DNA of 64,000 nt from the IMG/VR virus record IMGVR_UViG_3300042884_001034, positions 1 through 64,000 of that record; one strand, written 5' to 3'. Position numbers and translations under genes: made by a program. This stretch comes from an uncultured virus (IMG/VR IMGVR_UViG_3300042884_001034) (Duplodnaviria; Heunggongvirae; Uroviricota; Caudoviricetes). Shown here piece by piece: positions 18,663 through 28,163 of this stretch. Position 1 is the first letter of the stretch; each line of letters opens with the position of its first letter. The notes beneath the pieces were generated by a model. The model was not told where the DNA came from and ran no database searches. It saw nothing but the letters and a program-made list of their open reading frames with translations.

Positions 18663-20960
18663 ATGATACTAGAAAAACAAACAGACGCAACAATCCTATC
18701 AGAAGGAAATTCTCAAGATTCAATTGGGATGAGCCTAGACTTAGATTCTGCACAAATGTTGATGCAGATGTTAAGTAAGAATTTATATTCAGATGGTATA
18801 GGAAGTACAATTAGAGAAACAGCCAGTAATGCATTAGATTCACATAGAAGAGCTGGTATTGATAAACCAATTGTTGTTAGCTTTAAACAAAATAATCAAG
18901 GAAATTATGAATTCTCTGTAGAAGATTTTGGTGCAGGCCTAGATGATGATGATGTTAAAAACATTATTAGTAAATATGGTAAATCCACTAAAAGAACACA
19001 AGCTAATGAATTGGGAATGTTCGGATTGGGCTTTAAGAGTCCTTTAGCTTATTCTTCTTCATTTTATTTTGTTTGTAGGAAGAACGGAGTGGAAAGAAAA
19101 TATATGATGTATGAAGGAGAAGAAATTAACACTATAGATCTTCTTTATGAAACTCCTACAGAAGAATGTAATGGTGTAAAAGTGATTGTTCCTGTTAATT
19201 ATAGAGACAGACATGATTTTGTAACGAAAATTAAAGAACAATTGGCTTATTTTGAAAATGTTTATTTTAATGTAGACGGGATTTCTAACGATTTCACTAT
19301 ATTTAGAGGGGAACATTTTCAATTTTCTGAACTTTGTACAGATAAAAAACTCCATATTTGCTTAGACAATGTCTACTACCCAGTTGATTTTTCAAAACTT
19401 GGAATAGAGTCTATTTGGTTCCCTGTTGCATTGAGATTTGGTCTTTCTGATGGAATATTTCCTATTCCTAATAGAGAGGCTATAAAAATGACAAAAGAGG
19501 CTAAAGAAGCTATTTTAAATAAAATAACACTTGTAGCAGACTATTTTGTTAGCAAATATAATCAAAACATTGAGGATGGGGATGATATTAGAGCTGTTTT
19601 TAATTATTTTGATTCTAATTATAGGTATGTAAAAGGATTCAAAGAAGGAAACAGTCTGGATATTAAAGACCTAAAAATGTTTTCAAACATTTCTCTTAAA
19701 GCTCCTAAATTAAAGAATATAAATTTATTAGATTTACGAGATTTATATCATAATAGAACTCATTTAACATCAGAATATGAGAAAAAATATCAACTATCTA
19801 GAGGAGTATTTAGAGAGTGTAAGAGGTATTGGGATATGAATTTTAACTATTCAGATTTCTTATATAAAAAATGTTTCTTCTTTTCAGACAGAATAAGTGG
19901 TGTTAAAAAGGACTATTTAAAAGCTACATTTAAAGGAGCAGAACTCTTCTTTATAAAGAAAGTGGGAAGCTATCAGCTTGGTAAAATGAATAGAGCTAAT
20001 GACTATAGCAAATATTATATAGATCTTTTAACATTAAGAAAACATCCAAAATCTGAATGGAGAGCACGCATCAAAGAATTTCAATATATCATGTCCCTCA
20101 TCACTGCAAATGTGGTAGATCTAGATGCTTTTGAAATTCCACAAGACTGGCTAGACAATCGTAAAAAAGAAAAAGATGCTTTAAAAATAAAAATTCCTTC
20201 TTTAGGAAGAAAAACTCGCTTAGAAGGAGAAATTGTTGGTAAAAGGGCAGAAAAACTAGAAAGATTTGTTAATGGTAAGAATTCTAAATTGGTCCCAATA
20301 ACATACAAATTAGAAAATTTGCATAAGCAAAAAGGAATGATTGTTTATGGAAATAATCAAGATGCTGAGAAAATAGATAAATTATATTCTGTTTTTCCAA
20401 AAAAAGTGTCTTTTGTAGTGTTTTCTGATAGAGAACTTAAGCTTTTGGAAAATGTGAACATACATAATTTAATACCATTAAACAAGTTTATGGAAGGGAA
20501 AAATAAACCATTTAAAAGAATTGTAACAGCTTATTTAATTAATAGTTTTATTAGTGAGAATAGAAGTATTTTCAGTAAAAAACAAAGACTTGAGGATGTT
20601 TCTATAGATCTTTATTCTAAAGTGAGAATGCTAGAAGATTACAAAGATAAACATTTTCAAAGAGGGTCAGATGAAATATACAAAGCTATGTTTGAAGTGG
20701 CTATACAAAATAATTTATTTGATACAGAAGTGTTTGTTATTTACAAAGAAGTAAAAGCTGTTTTTGCAAAACTTCCTTTCTTAAAGCCTCTATTTATTGA
20801 AATGAGTGGGTATTCTAATCAAGAGGGGATGCATTTAGTTTTATGCGATCTTTTCAAATATTACAAACAAAAAATAGATTGGAAAAACTACAAATTAGTG
20901 TTAAATGAAGAACCTACAGACCTTACAGAGACAATTGTAGAAGATTTAGTGGAAAATTAA
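18663..20960 (+). CDS. rIIA: rIIA-like protein (N-terminal GHKL/Hsp90-like ATPase)
   Basis: LYSD...IRE..SNALDSH, VEDFGAGL, YGKSTK, G.FGLGFKS, PNREAI. Confidence 0.9.
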   Translation: MILEKQTDATILSEGNSQDSIGMSLDLDSAQMLMQMLSKNLYSDGIGSTIRETASNALDSHRRAGIDKPIVVSFKQNNQGNYEFSVEDFGAGLDDDDVKNIISKYGKSTKRTQANELGMFGLGFKSPLAYSSSFYFVCRKNGVERKYMMYEGEEINTIDLLYETPTEECNGVKVIVPVNYRDRHDFVTKIKEQLAYFENVYFNVDGISNDFTIFRGEHFQFSELCTDKKLHICLDNVYYPVDFSKLGIESIWFPVALRFGLSDGIFPIPNREAIKMTKEAKEAILNKITLVADYFVSKYNQNIEDGDDIRAVFNYFDSNYRYVKGFKEGNSLDIKDLKMFSNISLKAPKLKNINLLDLRDLYHNRTHLTSEYEKKYQLSRGVFRECKRYWDMNFNYSDFLYKKCFFFSDRISGVKKDYLKATFKGAELFFIKKVGSYQLGKMNRANDYSKYYIDLLTLRKHPKSEWRARIKEFQYIMSLITANVVDLDAFEIPQDWLDNRKKEKDALKIKIPSLGRKTRLEGEIVGKRAEKLERFVNGKNSKLVPITYKLENLHKQKGMIVYGNNQDAEKIDKLYSVFPKKVSFVVFSDRELKLLENVNIHNLIPLNKFMEGKNKPFKRIVTAYLINSFISENRSIFSKKQRLEDVSIDLYSKVRMLEDYKDKHFQRGSDEIYKAMFEVAIQNNLFDTEVFVIYKEVKAVFAKLPFLKPLFIEMSGYSNQEGMHLVLCDLFKYYKQKIDWKNYKLVLNEEPTDLTETIVEDLVEN

Positions 20961-20965
20961 ATAAT

Positions 20966-20991
20966 AAAAGGGGGATAAATTTCCCCCTTTT
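20966..20991 (+). terminator. Intrinsic terminator between rIIA and rIIB
   Basis: aaaaggggga-taaatt-tccccctttt. Confidence 0.7.
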
Positions 20992-21002
20992 AATGTATAT
21001 TT

Positions 21003-21233
21003 ATGATTACAAATTTAGAGCTTTTTAAACATGTAATATATTATATGTTAGGCAATATGCCTGAGTTAGAGATGGAAGATTTTAAAATAATGTGGCAGGC
21101 TCTAGCACATAAATGGAATATCTACATTCCTGAAGAAAAATGGAATGATTTTTTAGAGAAAATTAATAATAGTGAAATTTATAATAATTATGTAAATTTT
21201 ACTGAAATTTTTAACAATTATTTTTACAATTAA
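21003..21233 (+). CDS. Hypothetical protein inserted between rIIA and rIIB
   Basis: 76 aa ORF. Confidence 0.55.
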   Translation: MITNLELFKHVIYYMLGNMPELEMEDFKIMWQALAHKWNIYIPEEKWNDFLEKINNSEIYNNYVNFTEIFNNYFYN

Positions 21234-21245
21234 AAAACAAAAAAC

Positions 21246-22772
21246 ATGGGACTATTTAGTTTAGACTGGTTTAAAAGCGAAAAAACAAAACAATTAGAAG
21301 CGTTAAAATTAGAAGAGCAAAAAATTAAAAATTTATTATTTACAAAGCTTTTTACAGAAGACGAGGAACCACAATCTGTTGTAAAACCCTATTTGAATGT
21401 AAAGTTAGTGAATAGTGTACTTACAGTGGTGTTAAATGATGGTGCTATTTTAAGCAAACCAAATGCTACACAAGAAGATTTTAATAAAGTGAGAATTGTT
21501 TCTAGTGAAGAAGAAATACTACTTATTATGGGTAGCGAAGAATCATTAACTGAGAAGAGACAAAAAGAAGCAGAAATTACTAAAATGCGGGCTATTCAAA
21601 AAGGATTTTCTCTTCTTTATAAAACTAATGATTTTGATATAGTGGAGAATACAGTGTATTTAAAAGGAATCCACAGAAGTCTTCCTCAATTATTAGTGGA
21701 GAAATTTGCAGAAATAATAAACACTCAGCTGTATTATACAGGATTTGGTGATCTTCAAAAAGATTTAAGTAGTAATGAAGAATATCAATCTTTAAAGCGT
21801 TTCTTTATGTGGTGTTGCTTAAATCCAAGAGTGGAAGTGGCTAACGAACTTTATAGATTTTTGACAGAAAATAGCTTTAGAATTACAAAACAAGGGTTTT
21901 TTGTGGCTCTTAGGAATGTAGTGACGTTGCACGGAAGTAATCAACTTGTTCATTTTGTAAGCAACACTTATAATAAAGTGAAGGCTGTTTGGAAGAAAAA
22001 TCCAAATGATTATACAGTGTTTTTAGAAAATGAAGAATATAAATTAGTACATAAAGACCAGCTTTATAAAAAGGTGAGATATACAACTACAGAATGTCCT
22101 TATTGTGACGGTAGTGGTATAGAATATTCAGATTTTGATGATAATGATGAAGACTGCTCACATTGCGGAGGAACAGGAGAGGCAGAAGAATACACTTACG
22201 AAACTAATGAATCTGTATTTCATGGAGAAAGAATTGGTATTTTAACTGATTTATATCTAGATCTTCCTAATATACATGAGAATAGATTTACAGATGATTG
22301 GACCAAAACATTTGATATTCGTATTGGTAGAACAGTGAGTATGCCTATGGAAGAGTGTAACTGGAGTACACAAGATTGTGCTGCTGCTGGACTACATTTT
22401 ACCAGTGATCAGATTCATTATGTAGGATGTGGAGATACAAGTGTTCTTGTTCTTATCAATCCTATGAAAGTTGTAGGTATTGGTCAGCATAAAGGTAGAT
22501 GTTATGAATATCTCCCAATTATGACTGTTCCTCGTGAAGAAGCAACAAAAATCCTACATGACGTGGATTTTGATACATTGGAATTAGATGAAGATTATGC
22601 AATTCGTGAGTTAGAAAACTTAGCTGATAAAGCAAAAGAGGGTTTTGTGGCAGAAACAAAAAAGTATAATTTTAATATTCCTAGTATTTCTTCTGCAGAA
22701 ATAGACAATATTGTTCTTTCTTTGGACGGTATGAAGGATGAAATTTCTAAAAGAATTTCTATAGTTCAATAA
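21246..22772 (+). CDS. rIIB: rIIB-like protein with DnaJ-type Zn-finger insert
   Basis: F...C.LNP....ELYRFL....IT..G.F.A.R.V, IG..VSMP...C......CAAGLH, INP..V, KGRC; two CxxCxGxG repeats. Confidence 0.85.
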   Translation: MGLFSLDWFKSEKTKQLEALKLEEQKIKNLLFTKLFTEDEEPQSVVKPYLNVKLVNSVLTVVLNDGAILSKPNATQEDFNKVRIVSSEEEILLIMGSEESLTEKRQKEAEITKMRAIQKGFSLLYKTNDFDIVENTVYLKGIHRSLPQLLVEKFAEIINTQLYYTGFGDLQKDLSSNEEYQSLKRFFMWCCLNPRVEVANELYRFLTENSFRITKQGFFVALRNVVTLHGSNQLVHFVSNTYNKVKAVWKKNPNDYTVFLENEEYKLVHKDQLYKKVRYTTTECPYCDGSGIEYSDFDDNDEDCSHCGGTGEAEEYTYETNESVFHGERIGILTDLYLDLPNIHENRFTDDWTKTFDIRIGRTVSMPMEECNWSTQDCAAAGLHFTSDQIHYVGCGDTSVLVLINPMKVVGIGQHKGRCYEYLPIMTVPREEATKILHDVDFDTLELDEDYAIRELENLADKAKEGFVAETKKYNFNIPSISSAEIDNIVLSLDGMKDEISKRISIVQ

Positions 22773-22785
22773 CCCCTTTTAAAAT

Positions 22786-22832
22786 TGTAGCCTGAATGTA
22801 CAAAATTTAGTATATTTGGGCTACATATTTTT
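22786..22832 (+). terminator. Terminator-like hairpin with embedded TATATTTG box (22811-22818)
   Basis: tgtagcctgaatgtac / gtatatttgggctaca, 16 bp with G-U pairs, followed by tattttt. Confidence 0.55.
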
Positions 22833-22837
22833 TATAT

Positions 22838-23224
22838 ATGGCAAAGAAAAAAGCGGTTAAAAAATTATTAGAAAAACCAAGGTGTGATGGTACTATGACT
22901 GAAAGTGCTTTCTGGAGCTTTATAAGAAGTGCTCTTAGAAATAAATCTAGATGGTGGAAACCAATAACAACATGTAAACAAAAATCAAAAAGAGCCTATA
23001 AAGGTCCAAATAAAAGACAAAAATTTGAATATCAGTGTAATGAGTGTAAGGAATGGTTTGCGGATAAAAATATCCAAGTGGACCATAAAATCCCTGCAGG
23101 CTCATTAAACTGTGCTCAAGATCTTCCAGGATTTGTAGAAAGACTCTTTTGTGAAGTGGATGGTTTACAAATTTTGTGCTCCACCTGTCATAACATTAAA
23201 ACACAAAAAGAAAAAAAGAAGTAA
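22838..23224 (+). CDS. HNH endonuclease (Zn-binding)
   Basis: CNEC...VDH...LQILCSTCHNIKT. Confidence 0.8.
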   Translation: MAKKKAVKKLLEKPRCDGTMTESAFWSFIRSALRNKSRWWKPITTCKQKSKRAYKGPNKRQKFEYQCNECKEWFADKNIQVDHKIPAGSLNCAQDLPGFVERLFCEVDGLQILCSTCHNIKTQKEKKK

Positions 23225-23229
23225 TTATA

Positions 23230-23595
23230 ATGACAACTTACATGAATTCCACGATAAGCTTTCAAACAGACTCTTTAACTTATGAATTAAGTGCAGGGTT
23301 TGATTTTGATAAAAATGCATATTATATGCCTAGTCTTTCTTTTATAAAAAATGAAGGACATATTAAAAATGAAGTGTATATAGCTTTTTGGGATAATGAG
23401 GCTTATTTAATTAAGACATTATATGAAAAAGTGTTAATACCTTGGAATAAACATAAAGCTATTTCTAATGAAGAAGCGTTTGAAGATCTTCTTAAAATAG
23501 AAGGATGCACTTTAGCAGATTTTGTATCACTGGAAAAATTAATTAAATTAGCAATAGATAAAGGATTTTTTTATGAATATTATAATAGAAATTGA
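23230..23595 (+). CDS. Hypothetical protein
   Basis: 121 aa ORF. Confidence 0.6.
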   Translation: MTTYMNSTISFQTDSLTYELSAGFDFDKNAYYMPSLSFIKNEGHIKNEVYIAFWDNEAYLIKTLYEKVLIPWNKHKAISNEEAFEDLLKIEGCTLADFVSLEKLIKLAIDKGFFYEYYNRN

Positions 23596-23806
23596 CAAAG
23601 AGCCTTCTTTTACAGAAGTATGGTATGAGGGTTCTGTATTTTATGGGGAAGATGAACACAAGTTTTGGCTAGTGTATCCGCAGAACAAAGACAGAAATGA
23701 GCAAGATTATGAAATAGAGGTGCGTTGGTTTTTTGCTAAAGTTCCTAGAGAAATTAGAGCAATGAGAGATCAAATTATTGAAGCATTTAAACAAACATTA
23801 AAATGA
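23573..23806 (+). CDS. Hypothetical protein
   Basis: 77 aa ORF. Confidence 0.6.
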   Translation: MNIIIEIDKEPSFTEVWYEGSVFYGEDEHKFWLVYPQNKDRNEQDYEIEVRWFFAKVPREIRAMRDQIIEAFKQTLK

Positions 23807-24846
23807 TACAAGGAAATACAAAAACAGAAGCTCAATACAGAGCAGTGAAAATGGATAGCTCTTCAAGTCTTAAAGAGTTTTCTACAAATAGACGTAAATA
23901 TTATAAAAAATATGTATTAAATGAACAAGTGGAAGAAGAGGATAACAAAGCCACTTCTATGGGAAAACTTGTTGAAACATTGTTATTAGAGCCCCAAGAA
24001 TTTGACAAAAGATTTTATATGAGTTCTTGTGTTAGTTCTCCTACAGGCCTTATGTTAGATTTTACAGAAGCTTTGTATAAACACACAAAAACAGCTACAG
24101 ATGAAAATGGAAGTGTTACAAGACCATTTGAAGAAATAGCTAAAGATGCTTATACAGATTCTGGATTTAAAATCAAATTTGACGCTGTTCTTAATAAATT
24201 TGTAGGGTCTGATGCAGAAATCTATTATAAGGAGATAAGAGAAGTGAGAAGCAAGGGACTTACAGTGGTGACAACACAAGATGTATCTAATGCTGAGAAA
24301 ATTGTTGAGGAGCTTAAGACAAATGAATTCACTTCTTCTATTGTAAATTTAGTAAATAGTGCTAAATGGGGAATACACAATCAACTTCAAATAGAAGGTT
24401 ATTCTGTTGAAGGGCACTTATTTAAGAGTATGATGGATAAAGTGCATATAGATCATGAACAAAAGACTATCCAGGTATATGATCTTAAATGTGTATGGGC
24501 TGTTGAAGATTTTTACAAAGAGTATTATTTATATAGAAGAGCTTATATCCAAGCATATTTATATTGGAAAGCATGTTTCCAAGTGAAAGAGTCTTTAAAC
24601 TTAGAAGATTATTCTGTTGAATATCCTAAATTTATTGTATGTGATAGTACAAATTATTATAGTCCTTTAATTTATACACTAAATAAAGATGATATAGAGA
24701 AAGCTTTTAAAGGTTTTGAGCACCAAGGACGTAAATATCCTGGTGTTAAGTCTTTAATAGCAGATCTTAAATGGGCTATAGAAAATAACAAATGGAATAT
24801 ATCCAGAGAGAATTATATTAATAACGGGGTAGTAAATTTAGATTAA
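23803..24846 (+). CDS. PD-(D/E)XK exonuclease (RecE/ExoVIII-like)
   Basis: SSSSLKEF, GKLVETLL, KSMMD...YDLK, Y.IQAYLY. Confidence 0.75.
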   Translation: MIQGNTKTEAQYRAVKMDSSSSLKEFSTNRRKYYKKYVLNEQVEEEDNKATSMGKLVETLLLEPQEFDKRFYMSSCVSSPTGLMLDFTEALYKHTKTATDENGSVTRPFEEIAKDAYTDSGFKIKFDAVLNKFVGSDAEIYYKEIREVRSKGLTVVTTQDVSNAEKIVEELKTNEFTSSIVNLVNSAKWGIHNQLQIEGYSVEGHLFKSMMDKVHIDHEQKTIQVYDLKCVWAVEDFYKEYYLYRRAYIQAYLYWKACFQVKESLNLEDYSVEYPKFIVCDSTNYYSPLIYTLNKDDIEKAFKGFEHQGRKYPGVKSLIADLKWAIENNKWNISRENYINNGVVNLD

Positions 24847-25397
24847 TGGAGGTAAAGAAGACAATAACCAGTATATTTATTGTTCCAACGTTGGGAATAG
24901 ATAAAGAAAATTTAAATGCTAATGGATTTATCAATGGATATATAAAAGATGATAGAAAAGATGTGCAGTATGAAAATGCTGTATATCTTCTATTTCATCC
25001 AAAAGATCTTTATAAATTTAAAAGTTTTTTAGATGAGGAGTATGAAAGAACAAAAAATATTTTAGATGATTATGATTATGAGGATGGGTATATTGTAGTG
25101 GTGTATTTATTAAACCCTGATTATACAAAAGATTATCAGTTAGTTAAACAAGGTAAATATTCTAAGACTTCCAAAGAATTTCAAACTCTTTTTCCAAAAA
25201 TAATTAAAATTGTAAAAAATGGACTTAGAAAGGACGAAATATCCCTTCAATACAGAGTTTTTAATAAAACAGAGGATTTAAAGAAATTTTGGGAAGATAA
25301 ACTTGATGTCACTTTTGACCAAGAAAATGAAATTTGGCATGGGTTTGTAGAAGAAAAAGAAGTTCTTAATTTAGATAAAATTAAACAATATGTATAA
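24846..25397 (+). CDS. Hypothetical protein
   Basis: 183 aa ORF coupled to the exonuclease; GKYSK motif. Confidence 0.7.
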   Translation: MEVKKTITSIFIVPTLGIDKENLNANGFINGYIKDDRKDVQYENAVYLLFHPKDLYKFKSFLDEEYERTKNILDDYDYEDGYIVVVYLLNPDYTKDYQLVKQGKYSKTSKEFQTLFPKIIKIVKNGLRKDEISLQYRVFNKTEDLKKFWEDKLDVTFDQENEIWHGFVEEKEVLNLDKIKQYV

Positions 25398-25638
25398 TAA
25401 AGAAATTCTAAAAGAATTAATTAGAAGATATGGTGTAGAAAAAACCATAATATTCTGTGAGATGGAGAGTGTAAGAAACTCTCTACTCCAGTTAACAACT
25501 AAAGAAGAAGATGGTCCAAGTGAATTTGAATTTGAGAGGAATTGGTGGAAAGAAAATGGAGAGGAATTAAAACATACAAGAATTGCTAAAGCTTTAAATT
25601 TAAATTATGAACATGATAGAACTACTAGAAAAGTATGA
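25390..25638 (+). CDS. Hypothetical protein
   Basis: 82 aa ORF. Confidence 0.55.
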   Translation: MYNKEILKELIRRYGVEKTIIFCEMESVRNSLLQLTTKEEDGPSEFEFERNWWKENGEELKHTRIAKALNLNYEHDRTTRKV

Positions 25639-25972
25639 TAAATCAGCTATTGTTTTAAAACAATGGTTTTTAAACCAAATGCTAGAAAAAATAGATGATG
25701 CATCTATTCCAGAAGATTTTAAAGAGTTTGCTAGACAACAGAATATTAGCAACGAGACTGTGGGAAAAATATTAGATGCTCAGCCTAGAGCAGCATTTGA
25801 TGTACTAGACAATCATAAAATGTTTGTAGAGATAAATATTAGTTCTTTAGGAGATGTATTCTTTTCTTATTGTATTAATAATATTAATAATACAACACAT
25901 TTTAAAACAAGAAAAGAAGCAGAAAAAGAAGCTGTTTCAGAAGCTTTAAAAATGCTAAATGATATGTTATGA
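25607..25972 (+). CDS. Hypothetical protein
   Basis: 121 aa ORF. Confidence 0.6.
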   Translation: MNMIELLEKYDKSAIVLKQWFLNQMLEKIDDASIPEDFKEFARQQNISNETVGKILDAQPRAAFDVLDNHKMFVEINISSLGDVFFSYCINNINNTTHFKTRKEAEKEAVSEALKMLNDML

Positions 25973-26265
25973 GAAAAATAACAGAAAAAGCTGGACAAGC
26001 TTTTAATAATGGATATAGATTTAAAAAATCTAATACAGAAGTGAGAATTGAAAATGATGGTAGTGTTTATATGTATTTATTTGGAAGAGCTATAGCTAAA
26101 AAAGAAAATGGAGAGACATTTATTTGTAATGGGAATTATAGAGCCACTGTTACCACTAGTGACAGACTTAGTGTTCTTGTGCCTGTAAGAAAAAGACAGG
26201 GACAGCTGATTGTAAAGGAAAAAGTTGTTCTAGAAGAAAAATGGTTAAATATTAATCAGATATGA
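25969..26265 (+). CDS. Hypothetical phage protein
   Basis: MRKIT.KA..AF...FKKSNTEV...LFG..IA...TT..RL pattern. Confidence 0.65.
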   Translation: MRKITEKAGQAFNNGYRFKKSNTEVRIENDGSVYMYLFGRAIAKKENGETFICNGNYRATVTTSDRLSVLVPVRKRQGQLIVKEKVVLEEKWLNINQI

Positions 26266-26987
26266 AAACACTAATTATTCCAGATATACATGGGAAAAGT
26301 GTGTGGAAACAGATGATAGAAATAGAATCCCCAGATAGAATAGTCTTTCTGGGGGACTACTTTGATTCATTTGATATTCCAGGCTTAGACCAAATTCATA
26401 ACTTTAAAGAAGTTATAGAGTATAAAAAGTCCGAACAATCAGAGGTCATCTTACTTATAGGTAACCATGATTATCACTATTATCCAGAAATTGGTTATAA
26501 TGGAACTAGTGGGTACCAAGGTGGATTAGCTCCAAATATTAGTCAAGTTGTTAATGAAAACAGAGACCATTTACAAATGGCTTATACAATGGATCATTTT
26601 TTATTTACACATGCAGGAGTGAGTGAACATTTTATGGGAGAAATGTTTGGAGAAGATGGATATAATATAGATGATATTGATTTAACTTTGAATGAGTTAT
26701 TTAAATATAAACCTCTTCTTTTTGACTTTTCTCCATATGATTTTAGCGGTCTTGGAGACCATGTAAAACAAACTCCTATATGGATTAGACCAACAGCTTT
26801 ATTAAAAGCTAATAAAGAGAGTGAATTAAAATCCAAGTATATCCAAATAGTGGGGCATACACATAGGAAACATATTGATTTTGAAGGAAAATCGTCTGGA
26901 GGACGTTATTATTTTGTAGATACATTAGATGATAGTCAAGAATATTTAACTATTGTAGATGGACAAATTAAATTAAATAATTTATGA
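26262..26987 (+). CDS. Calcineurin-like metallophosphoesterase
   Basis: DIHG, GDYFD, GNHD, THAG, GHTH. Confidence 0.9.
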   Translation: MKTLIIPDIHGKSVWKQMIEIESPDRIVFLGDYFDSFDIPGLDQIHNFKEVIEYKKSEQSEVILLIGNHDYHYYPEIGYNGTSGYQGGLAPNISQVVNENRDHLQMAYTMDHFLFTHAGVSEHFMGEMFGEDGYNIDDIDLTLNELFKYKPLLFDFSPYDFSGLGDHVKQTPIWIRPTALLKANKESELKSKYIQIVGHTHRKHIDFEGKSSGGRYYFVDTLDDSQEYLTIVDGQIKLNNL

Positions 26988-27577
26988 ATATAAAAGATGT
27001 TGTCCTTTTTAAAGGCAAGAAATACAAATTTATTCACACTCGTAATATTACATTAGATGATATTAGAGCTGTATTTTTTCCAAAAAACTTTTATGAAAAA
27101 TATCATTATTTGGGCTCTGTTCCTTGGAGAGAGAAAGGTGGAATATTTGAAGCAATGGAACCATTGGTAATATTCATGGATTACAAAGCAAGGCCTAAAT
27201 GGTGTCCTAGGTGGATATTAAGATTTTTACATTTATTTGGTGATGATAATTCTATTGTTAGAGTGCGTAATAGAACATTGCACAATTTAAAACGTAAATT
27301 GACTAAAGGATTATCTATCAATGATTATAAGACAAAATGGGATTGGTTTGATCTTAGAATATCTATATATGGTACAGAACAGATGAATAACCTTGCTGAA
27401 GCTATTGAATCTAAATTTTATGAAGATGGACTAAGAGAAGAGTTGGCCGAAAGGATTAAAATGTTAGATCCTAAGACTAAATATGATAAGGGATACACTG
27501 TAAGTGTATTAAAACATGAATTAAGTAAACTACAAAACATTAATAATGATGATGATAATGACAACACAGGAATTTAA
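26984..27577 (+). CDS. Hypothetical protein
   Basis: 197 aa ORF. Confidence 0.65.
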   Translation: MNIKDVVLFKGKKYKFIHTRNITLDDIRAVFFPKNFYEKYHYLGSVPWREKGGIFEAMEPLVIFMDYKARPKWCPRWILRFLHLFGDDNSIVRVRNRTLHNLKRKLTKGLSINDYKTKWDWFDLRISIYGTEQMNNLAEAIESKFYEDGLREELAERIKMLDPKTKYDKGYTVSVLKHELSKLQNINNDDDNDNTGI

Positions 27578-27860
27578 CGAAAAATACAAAGATTATTTAG
27601 AGGAAGGACACTATGGATTAAGTATTTCCTACCCTGCTGTAATAACTTATTTAGATGCAATGTTTAAGGAATTAATTAAAATTCCAGGGTTCGAATATAG
27701 CCAAATTAAAATAAAGTTTGATTCTTCTAGATTTTATACTAATTTAGGAGAAATTATTGGTAAAATTGGGTATATTATAGAAGCAGAAGTAGAAAAACAC
27801 TTAAATTTTCTACTTACAGTGGAAAATGAACTTATAAAAAGAAAGACTCATGAAGGATAA
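27546..27860 (+). CDS. Hypothetical phage protein
   Basis: QIKIKF...RFY pattern. Confidence 0.6.
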   Translation: MMMIMTTQEFNEKYKDYLEEGHYGLSISYPAVITYLDAMFKELIKIPGFEYSQIKIKFDSSRFYTNLGEIIGKIGYIIEAEVEKHLNFLLTVENELIKRKTHEG

Positions 27861-28080
27861 AATAGTGGACCAAGTGGTTGAAAAATACCAAACAAGAAGT
27901 GCTGTAGGAATACGTAAGTATAATTCTACACTAGAAAACAACAATTCTGATGATTATCTGCTTCATGCTCAAGAGGAAGCTATGGATCTTAGCCTTTATT
28001 TAGAAAAATTAATCACCTTGGTTAGAGAAGAACCAGATGATACTGTATTGGGAGCTAAAATAAGGAAAATGGTTAAGTAA
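27850..28080 (+). CDS. Small all-alpha NTP-pyrophosphatase-like (MazG-like) protein
   Basis: R...G..KY..TL......L.HAQEEAMD..LY. Confidence 0.55.
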   Translation: MKDKIVDQVVEKYQTRSAVGIRKYNSTLENNNSDDYLLHAQEEAMDLSLYLEKLITLVREEPDDTVLGAKIRKMVK

Positions 28081-28102
28081 TATTTTTATATGTAGTTGTT
28101 TT

Positions 28103-28142
28103 ATAAGGGGAAGCAAAGTATATTTGCAACCCCTTATTTTTT
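28103..28142 (+). terminator. Terminator-like hairpin with embedded TATATTTG box (28119-28126)
   Basis: ataagggg-aa-gcaaa-gtata-tttgc-aa-ccccttat followed by a T-run. Confidence 0.55.
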
Positions 28143-28163
28143 AACAAAAAAAAAACAAAATTT

